Source: Haliotis rufescens
Lineage: Eukaryota
DNA length: 64,000 bases
Reading direction: 5' to 3'
Assembly (NCBI RefSeq): GCF_023055435.1
Contig: NW_025963779.1
Span: 86,242,001 to 86,306,000 of the forward strand
The position numbers and the translations under genes are program-made. The notes beneath the pieces are model-generated. The model was not told the DNA's origin. It made no database searches and saw nothing but the letters and a program-made list of their open reading frames with translations. Shown one piece after another: positions 51,501 to 58,818 of the stretch (its first letter is position 1; the number at the start of each line of letters is the position of its first letter).

Positions 51501-54500
51501 TCAAATCTTGCTTGTAGCACATGTCATCCTAATTTCAGTCCTGGTTCCGCGGAGGCAAACAAAGGCGCCAGTTCAAGGGTCGATTGGACTATCTCAACAG
51601 CAACGAAGATGCTGCCATCAAAGTAGGTGCTTGTTTCAATAAGCATGTAAGGCCCTCTTACTAAATTTCATTGCATTCAGGAATAGCAGTGGTATGTGAG
51701 TGTAGACTTACTCCTGTTCTCTTGCTGAGATTATAACTGTAGTACATGAGTGTAGACTTAGTCCTGTTCTCTTGCTGAGATTATAACTGTAGTACATGAG
51801 TGTAGACTTACTCCTGTTCTCTTGCTGAGATTTTAACTGTAGTACATGAGTGTAGACTTGCTGCTGTTCTCTTGCTGCGATTATAACTGTAGTACATGAG
51901 TGTAGAGTTACTGCTGTTCTCTTGCTGCGATTATAACTGTAGTACATGAGTGTAGACTTACTCCTGTTCTCTTGCTGAGATTTTAACTGTAGTACATGAG
52001 TGTAGACTTACTCCTGTTCTCTTGCTGCGATTATAACTGTAGTACATGAGTGTAGAGTTACTGCTGTTCTCTTGCTGCGATTATAACTGTAGTACATGAG
52101 TGTAGACTTACTCCTGTTCTCTTGCTGTGATTATAACTGTAGTACACGAGTGTAGACTTACTCCTGTTCTCTTGCTGCGATTATAACTGTAGTACATGAG
52201 TGTAGACTTACTCCTGTTCTCTTGCTGCGATTATAACTGTAGTACATGAGTGTAGACTTACTCCTGTTCTCTTGTAGCTTCAGTCGTACGTACGGATGTG
52301 GCGGGAGAGGAAGAAGTACCGGGACAGACTCAACTTCTTTAAATCAAATGTGAGTAGGCAGGATTTACAATTCACGTAAATAATAATCAACATTAAACTT
52401 TTAAGAATTGTGCTAGTTGTACATCATACTGTATTGTTTTGTTTTGACAACCTATAGATATTCAGTAGCAGGACCATGCTAAGTATGGATCCTCCTACTA
52501 CAGTAGTCGTGTAGCTTCCGTGGCTCTGCCTGGGCTGATGGTGAGTGCCAAGACAATTGTTGTGTGAGCCGATGGCGTCATGACTGTCGTCGTGTGAGCC
52601 GATGGTGTCATGACTGTCGCCGTGTGAGCCGATGGTGAGTGTCATGACTATTGTTGTGTTGCAGGAGGATAAGATCATCAGGATCCAGGCGTTCTTCCGG
52701 TCCAACCTGGCTCGCCAGGACTACAAGGCCCTGAGTAAGTGTGGCTCGATAGGTCACCGATCAGGAACTGATAACTGCTCATATATCTTGTTCACCATAT
52801 TTTGTATAATAAATCTATATGATGTAAGAATGTATGTAATGAATATCAACACTGCAGAGACATTATCTATATTTGAAAGGTGAAACAAATATATATCTGG
52901 CAGTGTATTGCAGCATGACTCCTTTGTTCACTGCCTCCCATCCCCATGTGACTCCTGACTGACTGTTGCACATCCTCGCCTTGTGTTGCCGTGACCTGTG
53001 TAGATCCGGGGTAGAATAGGTCTTCATCGACCCATGCTTGCCATAACAGGCAACTATACTTGTTACAAGAGGGGACTAGCGGGATCGGGTGGTCAGGATC
53101 GCTGACTTGGTTGATGCATGTCATCGAATCCCAAATTGTGTTGATTGATGTTCATGAAGTCACCGGATTGTCTTGTCCACACTCGATTATTTACAGACCG
53201 CTGTCATATAGCTGGAATTATGAAATTCTCTTAGTAGGCAAAAACTGTGTTTTATGTATTTTTTTATGAACATGGATTCTGTTATATTATGAAACATGAT
53301 CTATGTGGACTTAGCAACTGTGAACGTGTACTAAACTTGAGTTGTCACTGGACTGTCTGGTACAGATTCAATTATTTGCTATAATATAGCTGGAATAGTG
53401 CGGTGTTAAACAAACATTGTGTTTTACAGTGCAAGACAGCAGCCCATCCTTGTCTGTTGTGAGGAAGTTTGTCCACCTCCTTGATGCCAGTGATAATGAT
53501 TATGCTGAAGAACTGGGTAGGTCTTAATGCATTCATGGTTTACATTCCTCATATAATGTATGAGTGATGGAAGATAACTGATACTTGTAGTCCCTGTACT
53601 TGTATCAATGTATCCACTCCTTCAGTCCATGCATGGAATATGCAGAACTCATCAACTGTTCCCATTATAGAAGTGGAGGTGAGGTACAAAGCGTGATGAA
53701 TGCAACATTTCATCACAAATTCTCTTGCGATTTGCTTGACCCAAGACTGTCAGAATAGTAGATACCTGGGCCAAGTCTGTCGGAATAGTTGATACAAGGG
53801 GCCAAGGTTTGGCGTAATAGCAGATACATATTGTTTCTAATGAAACTAATAAACGTGTGTTTCGCATACCATGTGTAGTAAAGCTGGTAACATAGTATCT
53901 GCAAATATCTGCAAAATGCCAAACTTACCAGTATGCAGGTGTTATTCCAGTTTCTGTTATGAAACCACCTTCACAAGAAGCAATATGTTCTGGATGCCTA
54001 TTAAACCACCTTCACAAGAAGCGATACGTTCTGGATGCCTATTCTGAGTTGGCATGTCGCTGCCTTCTGTTCCTTTCGCTCATGCCAATAGGTTCTGGTA
54101 TCGTGGTTCTTGTTTGTGTCAGCCTCGTTTTGCATGAAGAGACTTTAAGCTGTGTGAGAACTGAGGCCCTGGGGCACTGCTCCAAGCAAGTCAAGTTAAT
54201 GGTCTATCTTGTTTAATGTGCGGCTTTGGACAGAAGGTGAAGGTCAGTAGTAGCAGCCCAAGGTTGTCAAGTATCTTTGTTTTATTTTTTATTTTTTTAA
54301 TTTTTTTGGTCTACTCATTTGTAATGTACATACAGTTGCAATGGTTTTTTTGTCATACATTGCTGGTGTGTGTTTTAAATATTTTAATATTTATATATTT
54401 TTTTTTTTTTAAAAGGATAGACTATTAATAGTTGAAACATTTTTCTTTTTCATCTCCAAAATTTGGAATATTGGTTGTTTCATTATCATTATAGCTATTT

Positions 54501-57173
54501 ATTCAAGACTTAATTTTCTAACATTTACCAATAATGCTCTTCTAGGCTTTAAGCCTAAGTGAGCTGGTGTCAGGGGAGGTTTGTCCTTCATTCATAGTCT
54601 ACAAACATCTCTTCTAAAATCACTGTGGGGAAACTTGGCCTGCAATCTCCCGCCACTCACGGTCTTCAATGATCTGGATCCATTCATGTAGGAGTTATTT
54701 TCTTCATTTAAAAAAACACCAAAACACTGTTTCTGAAGACGAAATCCATAAAGCTTAGAAAACATAAGCTTAATATGATTACTAAGAATATTGAAGGCAT
54801 CATTATTATCATTTAACTAATAACATTGGCCATCTTGTAAACATCTCCCGTTTATTCAATTTTTTTTCTCTAAATGATTGTTCATGGACTTGTGGTGTTA
54901 CTTTACCCGGCTATCTCTGTATGGAAATACAACACATGATGTAAGCTATTGTACATTTTCATCCCATCTGTCCTTTTGTAAGAAGATAACAATCATGATG
55001 GCAGAATATTAACTTTGACAGAATATTTTCGTATGTGGTTCCTTCTGTTATTTTGAATATGGAACCATGTAAGCTACAGCGCCATGGTGCTACTTTTGGT
55101 TATAATTCTGTTGTCGATGTTTCAAGTTTAACTTCCTGGTTTCATGTACTTTGTGTTCAATCTTTGTTTTCACGTTTACATCATTTGTTATGGAGATCAA
55201 TGGCAACCTGTAGTATCGTCTGTGTGAAACTTATAGATAGATCCACGCTGTCATCACACTGCATGGAACAACTTGTGTTCATGTCAAACTAACTAATGTT
55301 ACCTCCTTAGGGGCGACAGTGCATGGTTGAGTTCCAAACATTGTCAAGCATGCCTTTTTCTGAAACAACATCGTCAAGCATGCCTGTTTCTGAAAAAACA
55401 CAGGGGTTGATTTAACTGCTGGAACGTAAAGTAGATTGCCCGTCTGGCTAGTCAAATTTCACCCCTTCTCCATGTATGTTTAATTTTTTAATTGGACACT
55501 ACTTGTTAATCATATAATTTTGCTGAGAAAATATTTAGGGGTCATGAGGTCTTGTGAAATTAATGGTTAACTAAAAGAAAGATATATCTTGATCATCTTG
55601 GTACAATGACAACCAGACGCCATTTTGTAATGTTGTGTACAACAACATCTTTATTTGCTTGTAAATTACCATGAAATGAGGCAAATGGAAGCCAAGATTT
55701 AATCTCAGAGTGCAGGAAAAGGCAGATCAGGGGTGAGGAAAACTTTTTCAAGTCCCGCTCGCTGGCTACACGACCACAGGTTTCGGCCCCTTCGTGGCCT
55801 CCGACATTTAGTTGTAAGCCAGTTACTTTTAAAAGGAGCAAACCCTGAGGGCCACATACAAATTTGTTGTTAAATCTACCCCTGAAAACATTGTAAATAC
55901 TAGTTTGTATGCACTATGTTGCCCCATTACCCATGAATACATGTGGCCACTTTGTGGTGTTGTCACTATTTGCAACCAATATGAATCAAAGGCCTGGTTA
56001 CAGCGAGAGGGAAGCCAGCGACTGATCAGACCAATGAGCAATCAGATTACATAAAACGAACATTCATGTTTCTTCCTTGCAATATTGCGTTCATCTGCTC
56101 TACGAATGCCTCTGTGGCCATGTGGATAGAGCATCTGCTCGGAGAGTAAAGGGTCAGTGGTTCAATCCCCTGGCCGCCTCCGTGATGTTAAACCCCATTT
56201 CACCTCGCCCACCCACTCTACACACATGGCGCACCAATAGGGTTTGTACATAGCTGATGTGGCCCGTGAAGATCCGGGGTAGACTAGGTCTTCAGCAACC
56301 AATGCTTGCCGTAAAAGGCGACTATGCTTGTCGTAAAAGGTGACTAACAGGATCGGGTGGTCAGGCTGACCTGACTTGGTTGATGCATGTCATTGATCCC
56401 AATTGCGTGGATGGATGCTCATGATATTAATCATTGGATTGTCTGGTCCAGACTCTATTATTTACAGACCGCCATCATATAGCTGGAATATTGCTGAGTG
56501 CGGCGTAAAACAACAAACCAACCAACCAACATAGCTGATGTGCAGAGTAGGGCTCATTTGACAACAATGAATCTTAATCAGCCTCATTTCCTTAGCTTAC
56601 AAACACGTCTCGACTCCTTGTGGCTGCATGTATTCGCAGGTGATGTGGAATGTAGTGTACACGAGCCTGTGAAGTATTGACGTTGTCGGAAACAGAGCTG
56701 TAGTCTTTTGATGATGATCTCCTGAGTTATTTCCCTTTCACTACAGAGTTACAGAAGCTTCGTCAGCAAGTGGTGTCTGAGATCAGGTCCAACCAACAGC
56801 TGGAACATGACTTAGACCAGATGGACATCAAGATCGGTCTTCTCATCAAAAACAGGATTACACTGCAGGCAGGTCTTGTATCTGGTGTTGGGACCAGTTC
56901 AAAATTGAAACAGCGGTACCAAACCCCCTATCACCCCCTATCACCCCCTATCACCCAACCCTGCCTGGGTACCTGCTGTAGGTTTCAAGAGTTGGGAACA
57001 AAAGTCTGATTGGGAATTGTTTTGTCCTGGCAAAAGTATTCAGATGCGATCAGGTCATTCAACATTGAAGTTGACTGAAGCTTTCTCTGTATACAAACAT
57101 CTAAAGTCAGAAGGAATGCATGTATAGTCCGAAAGAAATGCAATCAATAGTGACTTGTGGTGTAACCTTGGAG

Positions 57174-57232
<59 letters not shown>

Positions 57233-57578
57233 GAGTGTTACTGAGTGTTGAGTGTTATATTTTTACATACTTGTCTTTGTTTCCACAGGATGTTGTTAAA
57301 CAAAACAGAAAGTTGAACATCTCGTCTGAGTCGTACATGAAAGGTCTGAAGGCACTGAGTAAGGAGAGCCATGAGCGCCTAGAGGCATACCAGCACTTGT
57401 TCTACCTGCTCCAGACCAACCCTACGTACCTTGCCAAGCTCATCTTCGAGATGCCTCAGAGCCGCACCACCAAGTTCATGGAGGCTGTCATCTTTTCACT
57501 ATTTAACTACGGGTCGAATCAGAGAGAAGAGTATCTTCTGCTGAAGTTGTTCAAGACCGCACTGGAAGAAGAAATAGC
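18368..57578 (+). CDS. IQGAP1: IQGAP family Ras GTPase-activating-like scaffold protein (partial gene, 25 coding exons in window; 5' and 3' ends outside)
   Basis: The spliced translation is collinear with vertebrate IQGAP1/2/3 as I recall them: CH domain (ELEEGLRNGV, IFYPETTDIYDRKNMPR), IR repeats, WW, four IQ motifs and RasGAP start (YQHLFYLLQTNPTYLAKLIF). All junctions are phase compatible. Probably a co-orthologue of IQGAP1/2/3. Confidence 0.97.
18585..18775 (+). mobile_element. SINE family A, 3'-truncated but flanked by a TSD
   Basis: TSD actctgagga at 18575-18584 and 18776-18785. Confidence 0.9.
19348..19656. mobile_element. hAT-like MITE
   Basis: TIR cagtgtccgaaataac / gttatttcaaacactg; diverged 8-bp flanks ctctacac/ccttatac. 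Confidence 0.7.
20454..20531 (+). CDS. IQGAP1: IQGAP exon (CH domain), 78 nt
   Basis: tttgcag|GCG...CAG|gtaaat; AKGLHFRHTDNINHWFAAMTEIGLPQ. Confidence 0.95.
20713..20762. repeat. (ACTC)n microsatellite
   Basis: About 12 units. Confidence 0.97.
21045..21121 (+). CDS. IQGAP1: IQGAP exon (CH domain), 77 nt
   Basis: tttgcag|ATA...CTG AG|gtgagt; IFYPETTDIYDRKNMPRAVYCIHAL(S). Confidence 0.95.
21350..21629 (+). mobile_element. tRNA(Leu-like)-headed SINE family C
   Basis: A box tggcccagtcg, B box ggattcgaatcc, tttcctcccac core, ggcgttaaac plus (ACTC)n tail; TSD ctgtatactt. Confidence 0.9.
21763..22254. mobile_element. CAGGG-ended MITE (family J)
   Basis: TIR cagggttcaatttaac / gttaaatctacccctg; homologue at 55401-55884. 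Confidence 0.8.
22322..22512 (+). mobile_element. Diverged tRNA-headed SINE related to family C
   Basis: B-box-like gggtcgaatc, ttcttcccac core, (ACTC)n tail. Confidence 0.6.
22748..23003 (+). mobile_element. SINE family A
   Basis: Full-length homologue ending in (AAAC)n. Confidence 0.9.
23085..23152 (+). CDS. IQGAP1: IQGAP exon, 68 nt
   Basis: tttcag|T TTA...ACA G|gtgtgt; LYLFKLGLAPQIQDLYGKINFT. Confidence 0.95.
23207..24390. mobile_element. Non-autonomous piggyBac-like element
   Basis: TTAA|ctctttcaacacc ... ggtgttgaatgag|TTAA; no transposase ORF. Confidence 0.8.
25500..25928. repeat. 30-bp minisatellite, about 14 copies
   Basis: Unit gtgacctcatggcattatagcagggttatt. Confidence 0.95.
26139..26230 (+). 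CDS. IQGAP1: IQGAP exon, 92 nt
   Basis: tttcag|AG GAG...AAT GAG|gtgatt; EEEISAMRRELEKYGIQMPAFSKIGGILANE. Confidence 0.95.
26525..26546 (+). CDS. IQGAP1: IQGAP 22-nt micro-exon
   Basis: ttgcag|TTA TCG GTG GAC GAG GCA GCA T|gtaagt; encodes the conserved LSVDEAA(L) and is required to join the phase 0 donor to the phase 1 acceptor at 40096. Confidence 0.92.
26787..26947. repeat. 34-bp tandem repeat, about 4.7 copies
   Basis: Unit agacaactagtcccagttcatgttgaccaactgg. Confidence 0.95.
28385..29375. repeat. 47-bp higher-order minisatellite (20+27 subunits), about 21 copies
   Basis: gtgtccttagatccagtgaa alternating with gtgtccttagatccaatgagatgcagg. Confidence 0.95.
30037..30218 (+). mobile_element. 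SINE family A, 5'-truncated
   Basis: aaggcgactatgcttgtcgtaag...gctggaatattg. Confidence 0.85.
31238..31397 (+). mobile_element. Short tRNA-headed SINE family B
   Basis: A box tagcctagtgg, B box ggtttgattcc, (ACTC)n tail; 15-bp TSD actcagttcaaacat. Confidence 0.92.
33426..33630 (+). mobile_element. SINE family A, 5'-truncated
   Basis: Homology from tatgcttgacgtaagaggtgactaacggg to the tail. Confidence 0.88.
34449..34762. mobile_element. Tc2/pogo-like MITE
   Basis: TA|ccgtattcgacgtaataagcgccc...gggcgcttattaccccaatacgg|TA. Confidence 0.88.
34930..35140 (+). mobile_element. SINE family A
   Basis: Intact head acctgtgaagatctggggtagaataggtcttc; tail lost. Confidence 0.88.
35500..36080. mobile_element. 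Diverged long-palindrome element (Crypton-like, tentative)
   Basis: Imperfect palindrome gttgtttatcgtatgataaaaca...tgttttgttgtacgataaacaac; CpG and TGACGTCA-containing body like 42248-43111. Confidence 0.45.
38103..38558. mobile_element. MITE family M with a nested SINE C
   Basis: cagcgatagaaa...tttctaacgctg; reverse homologue of 14208-14343 once the SINE is removed. Confidence 0.75.
38198..38482 (+). mobile_element. SINE family C
   Basis: Homologous to 21350-21629; TSD ctactagtctttatg / ctacaagtccttatg. Confidence 0.9.
39116..39272 (+). mobile_element. SINE family B
   Basis: tagcctagtggttaaag...gctaaaagcggcgtaaaact. Confidence 0.88.
39525..39874. mobile_element. Tc2/pogo-like MITE
   Basis: TA|ccgtattcgac...gtcgaatacgc|TA; the body matches the other two copies. 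Confidence 0.88.
40096..40274 (+). CDS. IQGAP1: IQGAP exon (IR repeat region), 179 nt
   Basis: ttccag|TG CAC...AAC AGG|gtacct; HAAIIAINEAIDKQNAPDTMSALQNPSAML...KMENSRNR. Confidence 0.95.
40296..40750. repeat. 43-bp minisatellite, about 10 copies, starting about 20 nt after an exon donor
   Basis: Unit tgacatgaaggcttgtataaccaMaagtccctagacacctgtc with variant subunits. Confidence 0.93.
41171..41261 (+). CDS. IQGAP1: IQGAP exon, 91 nt
   Basis: tttcag|AGC...AAC A|gtgagt; SMDTERQFEHDVYDELLTHAEIQGNINTIN. Confidence 0.94.
41768..42175. mobile_element. Long-palindrome non-autonomous element (Crypton-like, tentative)
   Basis: Palindrome of about 150 bp centred on ccgaggcttgccaagg, then atttatcatc ... 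gatgataaat inverted pair. Confidence 0.6.
42248..43111. mobile_element. Long-palindrome non-autonomous element (Crypton-like, tentative)
   Basis: 171-bp palindrome (42248-42418) with 57-bp perfect arms, then attctaccatga ... tcatggtagaat inverted pair. Confidence 0.65.
43415..43575 (+). CDS. IQGAP1: IQGAP exon, 161 nt
   Basis: ttcccag|CA TCC...AAG AAG|gtatgt; SSAVGHLHEALLKSDPALVLAALRSSHLGLKNIKDENIMFYIEKLRQAAELKK. Confidence 0.9.
43675..44095. repeat. 18/29-bp composite minisatellite abutting a splice acceptor
   Basis: gatgttgatgtgccatgt and gatgttgatgtgccatgcgatacacatgt units run into ccttgtttcag. Confidence 0.95.
44106..44199 (+). CDS. IQGAP1: IQGAP exon, 94 nt
   Basis: tttcag|AAC...CAG A|gtaagg; NNNNGEESVLDKDEIQAAIDQANLEADTEYQ. 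Confidence 0.92.
44242..44406 (+). mobile_element. SINE family B
   Basis: TSD actgatctgcc. Confidence 0.9.
44956..45116 (+). CDS. IQGAP1: IQGAP exon, 161 nt
   Basis: tcccag|AA TCC...AAA CAG|gttggg; SQALLSINSAINSNDPALLMKALQNPSAQLPPVIPGAAMLYLDEFRNIRTDKQ. Confidence 0.9.
45732..45771 (+). CDS. IQGAP1: IQGAP exon, 40 nt
   Basis: tttgcag|GGT...ACA G|gtgaga; GDLEHDEIASAIT; required for phase continuity. Confidence 0.88.
46796..46959 (+). CDS. IQGAP1: IQGAP exon, 164 nt
   Basis: tccccag|TG CTG...TCT GGG|gtaagg; LTAVALINQAVDTGSPENTFNALCQPDAHLLEVDEHNMEKYQDCLAAQRHSKSG. Confidence 0.92.
47362..47443 (+). CDS. IQGAP1: IQGAP exon, 82 nt
   Basis: ttacag|AGT...GAA C|gtaagt; SPCDLLTHHEISTCVETIHQQVQEEHE(R). 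Confidence 0.9.
47417..47686. repeat. 58-bp tandem repeat spanning an exon end and donor, about 4.6 copies
   Basis: Unit ccagcaggtRcaggaggaacatgaacRtaagtcttagatagcagtcaggggaacagta. Confidence 0.93.
48016..48179 (+). CDS. IQGAP1: IQGAP exon, 164 nt
   Basis: ctgcag|GA ATC...GCA GAG|gtgaga; ILAINKINEAITRGEPEDTLEALQTPSAKLRGIDARQAYHYQALLLKEKQQKAE. Confidence 0.94.
48228..48376 (+). mobile_element. SINE family B, diverged
   Basis: gtggcctggtagtg...caatgtgtgaagcccaatttctgg...(ACTC)n. Confidence 0.7.
48494..48584 (+). CDS. IQGAP1: IQGAP exon, 91 nt
   Basis: ttacag|GCA...AAG A|gtgagt; ATDDEDAELWLEEIQLCVEKANKDADEGVK. Confidence 0.94.
48605..49215. repeat. 21-23-bp pyrimidine-rich minisatellite
   Basis: Unit taccctcgtctttactctctttc, drifting to aaccttcatctttatgttctttc. 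Confidence 0.95.
49326..49493 (+). CDS. IQGAP1: IQGAP exon, 168 nt
   Basis: cttcag|TT TCC...GCT G|gtgggt; SLGVKNINEAIRAEDVAHLQSGLTNSEVGLHSVTPDCTPTYMGSLKTLQTEKTEA. Confidence 0.92.
49675..49817 (+). CDS. IQGAP1: IQGAP exon (WW domain), 143 nt
   Basis: ttgtag|GC GAG...ATT CAG|gtaagg; ECGSGWIMNRTRDGSKFFYNISTGEYEWFRQDGVVKDHSLLTKEEIQ. Confidence 0.93.
50366..50682 (+). mobile_element. SINE family D (MetaSINE-like)
   Basis: Homologous to 5658-6352 without the MITE. Confidence 0.8.
50709..50879 (+). CDS. IQGAP1: IQGAP exon (IQ1 and start of IQ2), 171 nt
   Basis: tttcag|AAA...ATA CAG|gtacac; KVISEQTAAYDRELLFKANEPRVVKLQAMVRGHQQRLKYKERQNFMKTQLPAIVAIQ; the donor is duplicated in the downstream repeat. 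Confidence 0.92.
50862..51458. repeat. 29-bp minisatellite spanning an exon end and donor, about 20.6 copies
   Basis: Unit Rccattgtggcaatacag|gtacacttccc. Confidence 0.98.
51539..51622 (+). CDS. IQGAP1: IQGAP exon (IQ2), 84 nt
   Basis: tttcag|TCC...AAA|gtaggt; SWFRGGKQRRQFKGRLDYLNSNEDAAIK. Confidence 0.93.
51697..52274. repeat. 50-bp minisatellite copying the acceptor pyrimidine tract, about 11.5 copies
   Basis: Unit tgtagacttactcctgttctcttgctgMgattataactgtagtacatgag; the last unit ends in the true acceptor ctcttgtag. Confidence 0.97.
52278..52349 (+). CDS. IQGAP1: IQGAP exon (IQ3), 72 nt
   Basis: ttgtag|CTT CAG...AAT|gtgagt; LQSYVRMWRERKKYRDRLNFFKSN. Confidence 0.92.
52535..52650. repeat. 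Tandem repeat of about 30 bp, 3-4 copies, before an acceptor
   Basis: gtgtgagccgatggYgtcatgactgtcgYc. Confidence 0.85.
52665..52734 (+). CDS. IQGAP1: IQGAP exon (IQ4), 70 nt
   Basis: ttgcag|GAG...CTG A|gtaagt; EDKIIRIQAFFRSNLARQDYKAL. Confidence 0.94.
52993..53219 (+). mobile_element. SINE family A
   Basis: Head gacctgtgtagatccggggtagaataggtcttc. Confidence 0.88.
53430..53516 (+). CDS. IQGAP1: IQGAP exon, 87 nt
   Basis: ttacag|TG CAA...CTG G|gtaggt; QDSSPSLSVVRKFVHLLDASDNDYAEEL. Confidence 0.94.
55401..55884. mobile_element. CAGGG-ended MITE (family J)
   Basis: caggggttgatttaac / gttaaatctacccctg; flanks aaaaca/aaaaca. Confidence 0.8.
56262..56528 (+). mobile_element. SINE family A, full length
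   Basis: 14-bp TSD acatagctgatgtg; (AACC)n tail. Confidence 0.92.
56747..56868 (+). CDS. IQGAP1: IQGAP exon, 122 nt, ending at a GC donor
   Basis: ctacag|AG TTA...CTG CAG|gcaggt; LQKLRQQVVSEIRSNQQLEHDLDQMDIKIGLLIKNRITLQ. Confidence 0.9.
57174..57231. repeat. (ATCT)n microsatellite
   Basis: About 14 units. Confidence 0.98.
57289..57578 (+). CDS. IQGAP1: IQGAP exon (start of RasGAP-related domain), 290 nt
   Basis: ccacag|GAT...ATA GC|gtgagt; DVVKQNRKL...LEAYQHLFYLLQTNPTYLAKLIFEMPQSRTTKFMEAVIFSLFNYGSNQREEYLLLKLFKTALEEEI(A). Confidence 0.96.
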
Positions 57579-58797
57579 GTGAGTATTGAAATTGTGTACT
57601 TTTAACTTCTACAGTGAACGATAGCTGTTTTTACAATATGTTATGATTTAGTATTGTTATGAAAATGGCTGAAAGATTGCTGTGAATGTGATGTAAAATC
57701 TTTGCTCGCATTTATCATTTATGCTAATTTCTTTTAAGAGTCAAAATGTTTTCATCTTTGTTTTTCATCACCATATGCAAAATGTCAGATATTTCCGCTG
57801 CAGTTATCTGAAGATATGATCAATACTGCCAGGTGCCCTGATTCTCCGCCATGTTCTAGAGTTAGAAGGGAGATAACTCTATAGCCCTGTTCACAGTGCA
57901 TTAGATCACTTCCAGTCACCACCATGCACACCACCTACTTGCTTGCTATTAGGGACAGTATGGGGCAGTACTTGTCAACACAGACAAATATGTCACATTT
58001 ACTTGATCACTCTTAAGGTGCCTTGGTATATAGAAAGTAGTCATTAAAAAATACCTTTTTTGCCCTCCTAAGTGCCTTGCACCAATTAGGGCCCCCTGAC
58101 AAACCTCTAGATCAATCTGTAAATTATCTTTGAGATTTCCCAACAAAGACCATATTTTCTTGTACATTTTAGATACGTTTTTCCAGAAACAGCAGCTCAG
58201 AAGGGGTGTATAATTGCCCCGTAACGATTGCCATAATCCTTTTAGTTTCATCAACGTTTGAACTAAGTTTTTTCACTAAACATTAATCCTTGAAATCCAT
58301 GAAAACTGTATGGTGTTAACATTCGCAGGGATGAAATTTTTCCTTGAATTTTCGCGAATTTAGTGAACACAAATTTGTTAAATTTTGATGAACCCCATAT
58401 AAACTCCCCAAATTATGGGCCAAGATCCACTGAAAAGACATTTCAGCTAAAAAAGGAAAATATCCATTCTCATCCCTGTATTGGCCCCCATTTGTCAATT
58501 TTCTAAGCACTCAGGGCGCTTATTATGGTGAATACAGTACTTTAATATACCAGTAAATTATGTAAAGCAAGTTTTTATATCAATATTCATCAGTTCCTTC
58601 TTGTTTTATTATTCTGAAACTTAGGTTATTTATACTTTAGAATTACTGTGTTCTTGTTATCATTTACGAGTATCTCCTTGTTTCAAGTGAATGAAGCCAT
58701 GATTTAGGTATGGTGGTGTGAGATTGTGATGTGAGTAGTGCCCTGACGTGCTCCCGATGATGTGTGTGAGTGAGTGACCGATGTCGTTCTGTTGTAG

Positions 58798-58818
58798 GTT
58801 CCTGTTAGGTGGCTCTAA
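58798..58818 (+). CDS. Candidate alternative 21-nt microexon of IQGAP
   Basis: ttctgttgtag|G TTC CTG TTA GGT GGC TCT AA|gtaagt; phase 2-2, no stop, consensus donor, CTGAC branch-like motif about 50 nt upstream; no homology support. Confidence 0.5.
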   Translation, partial: VPVRWL

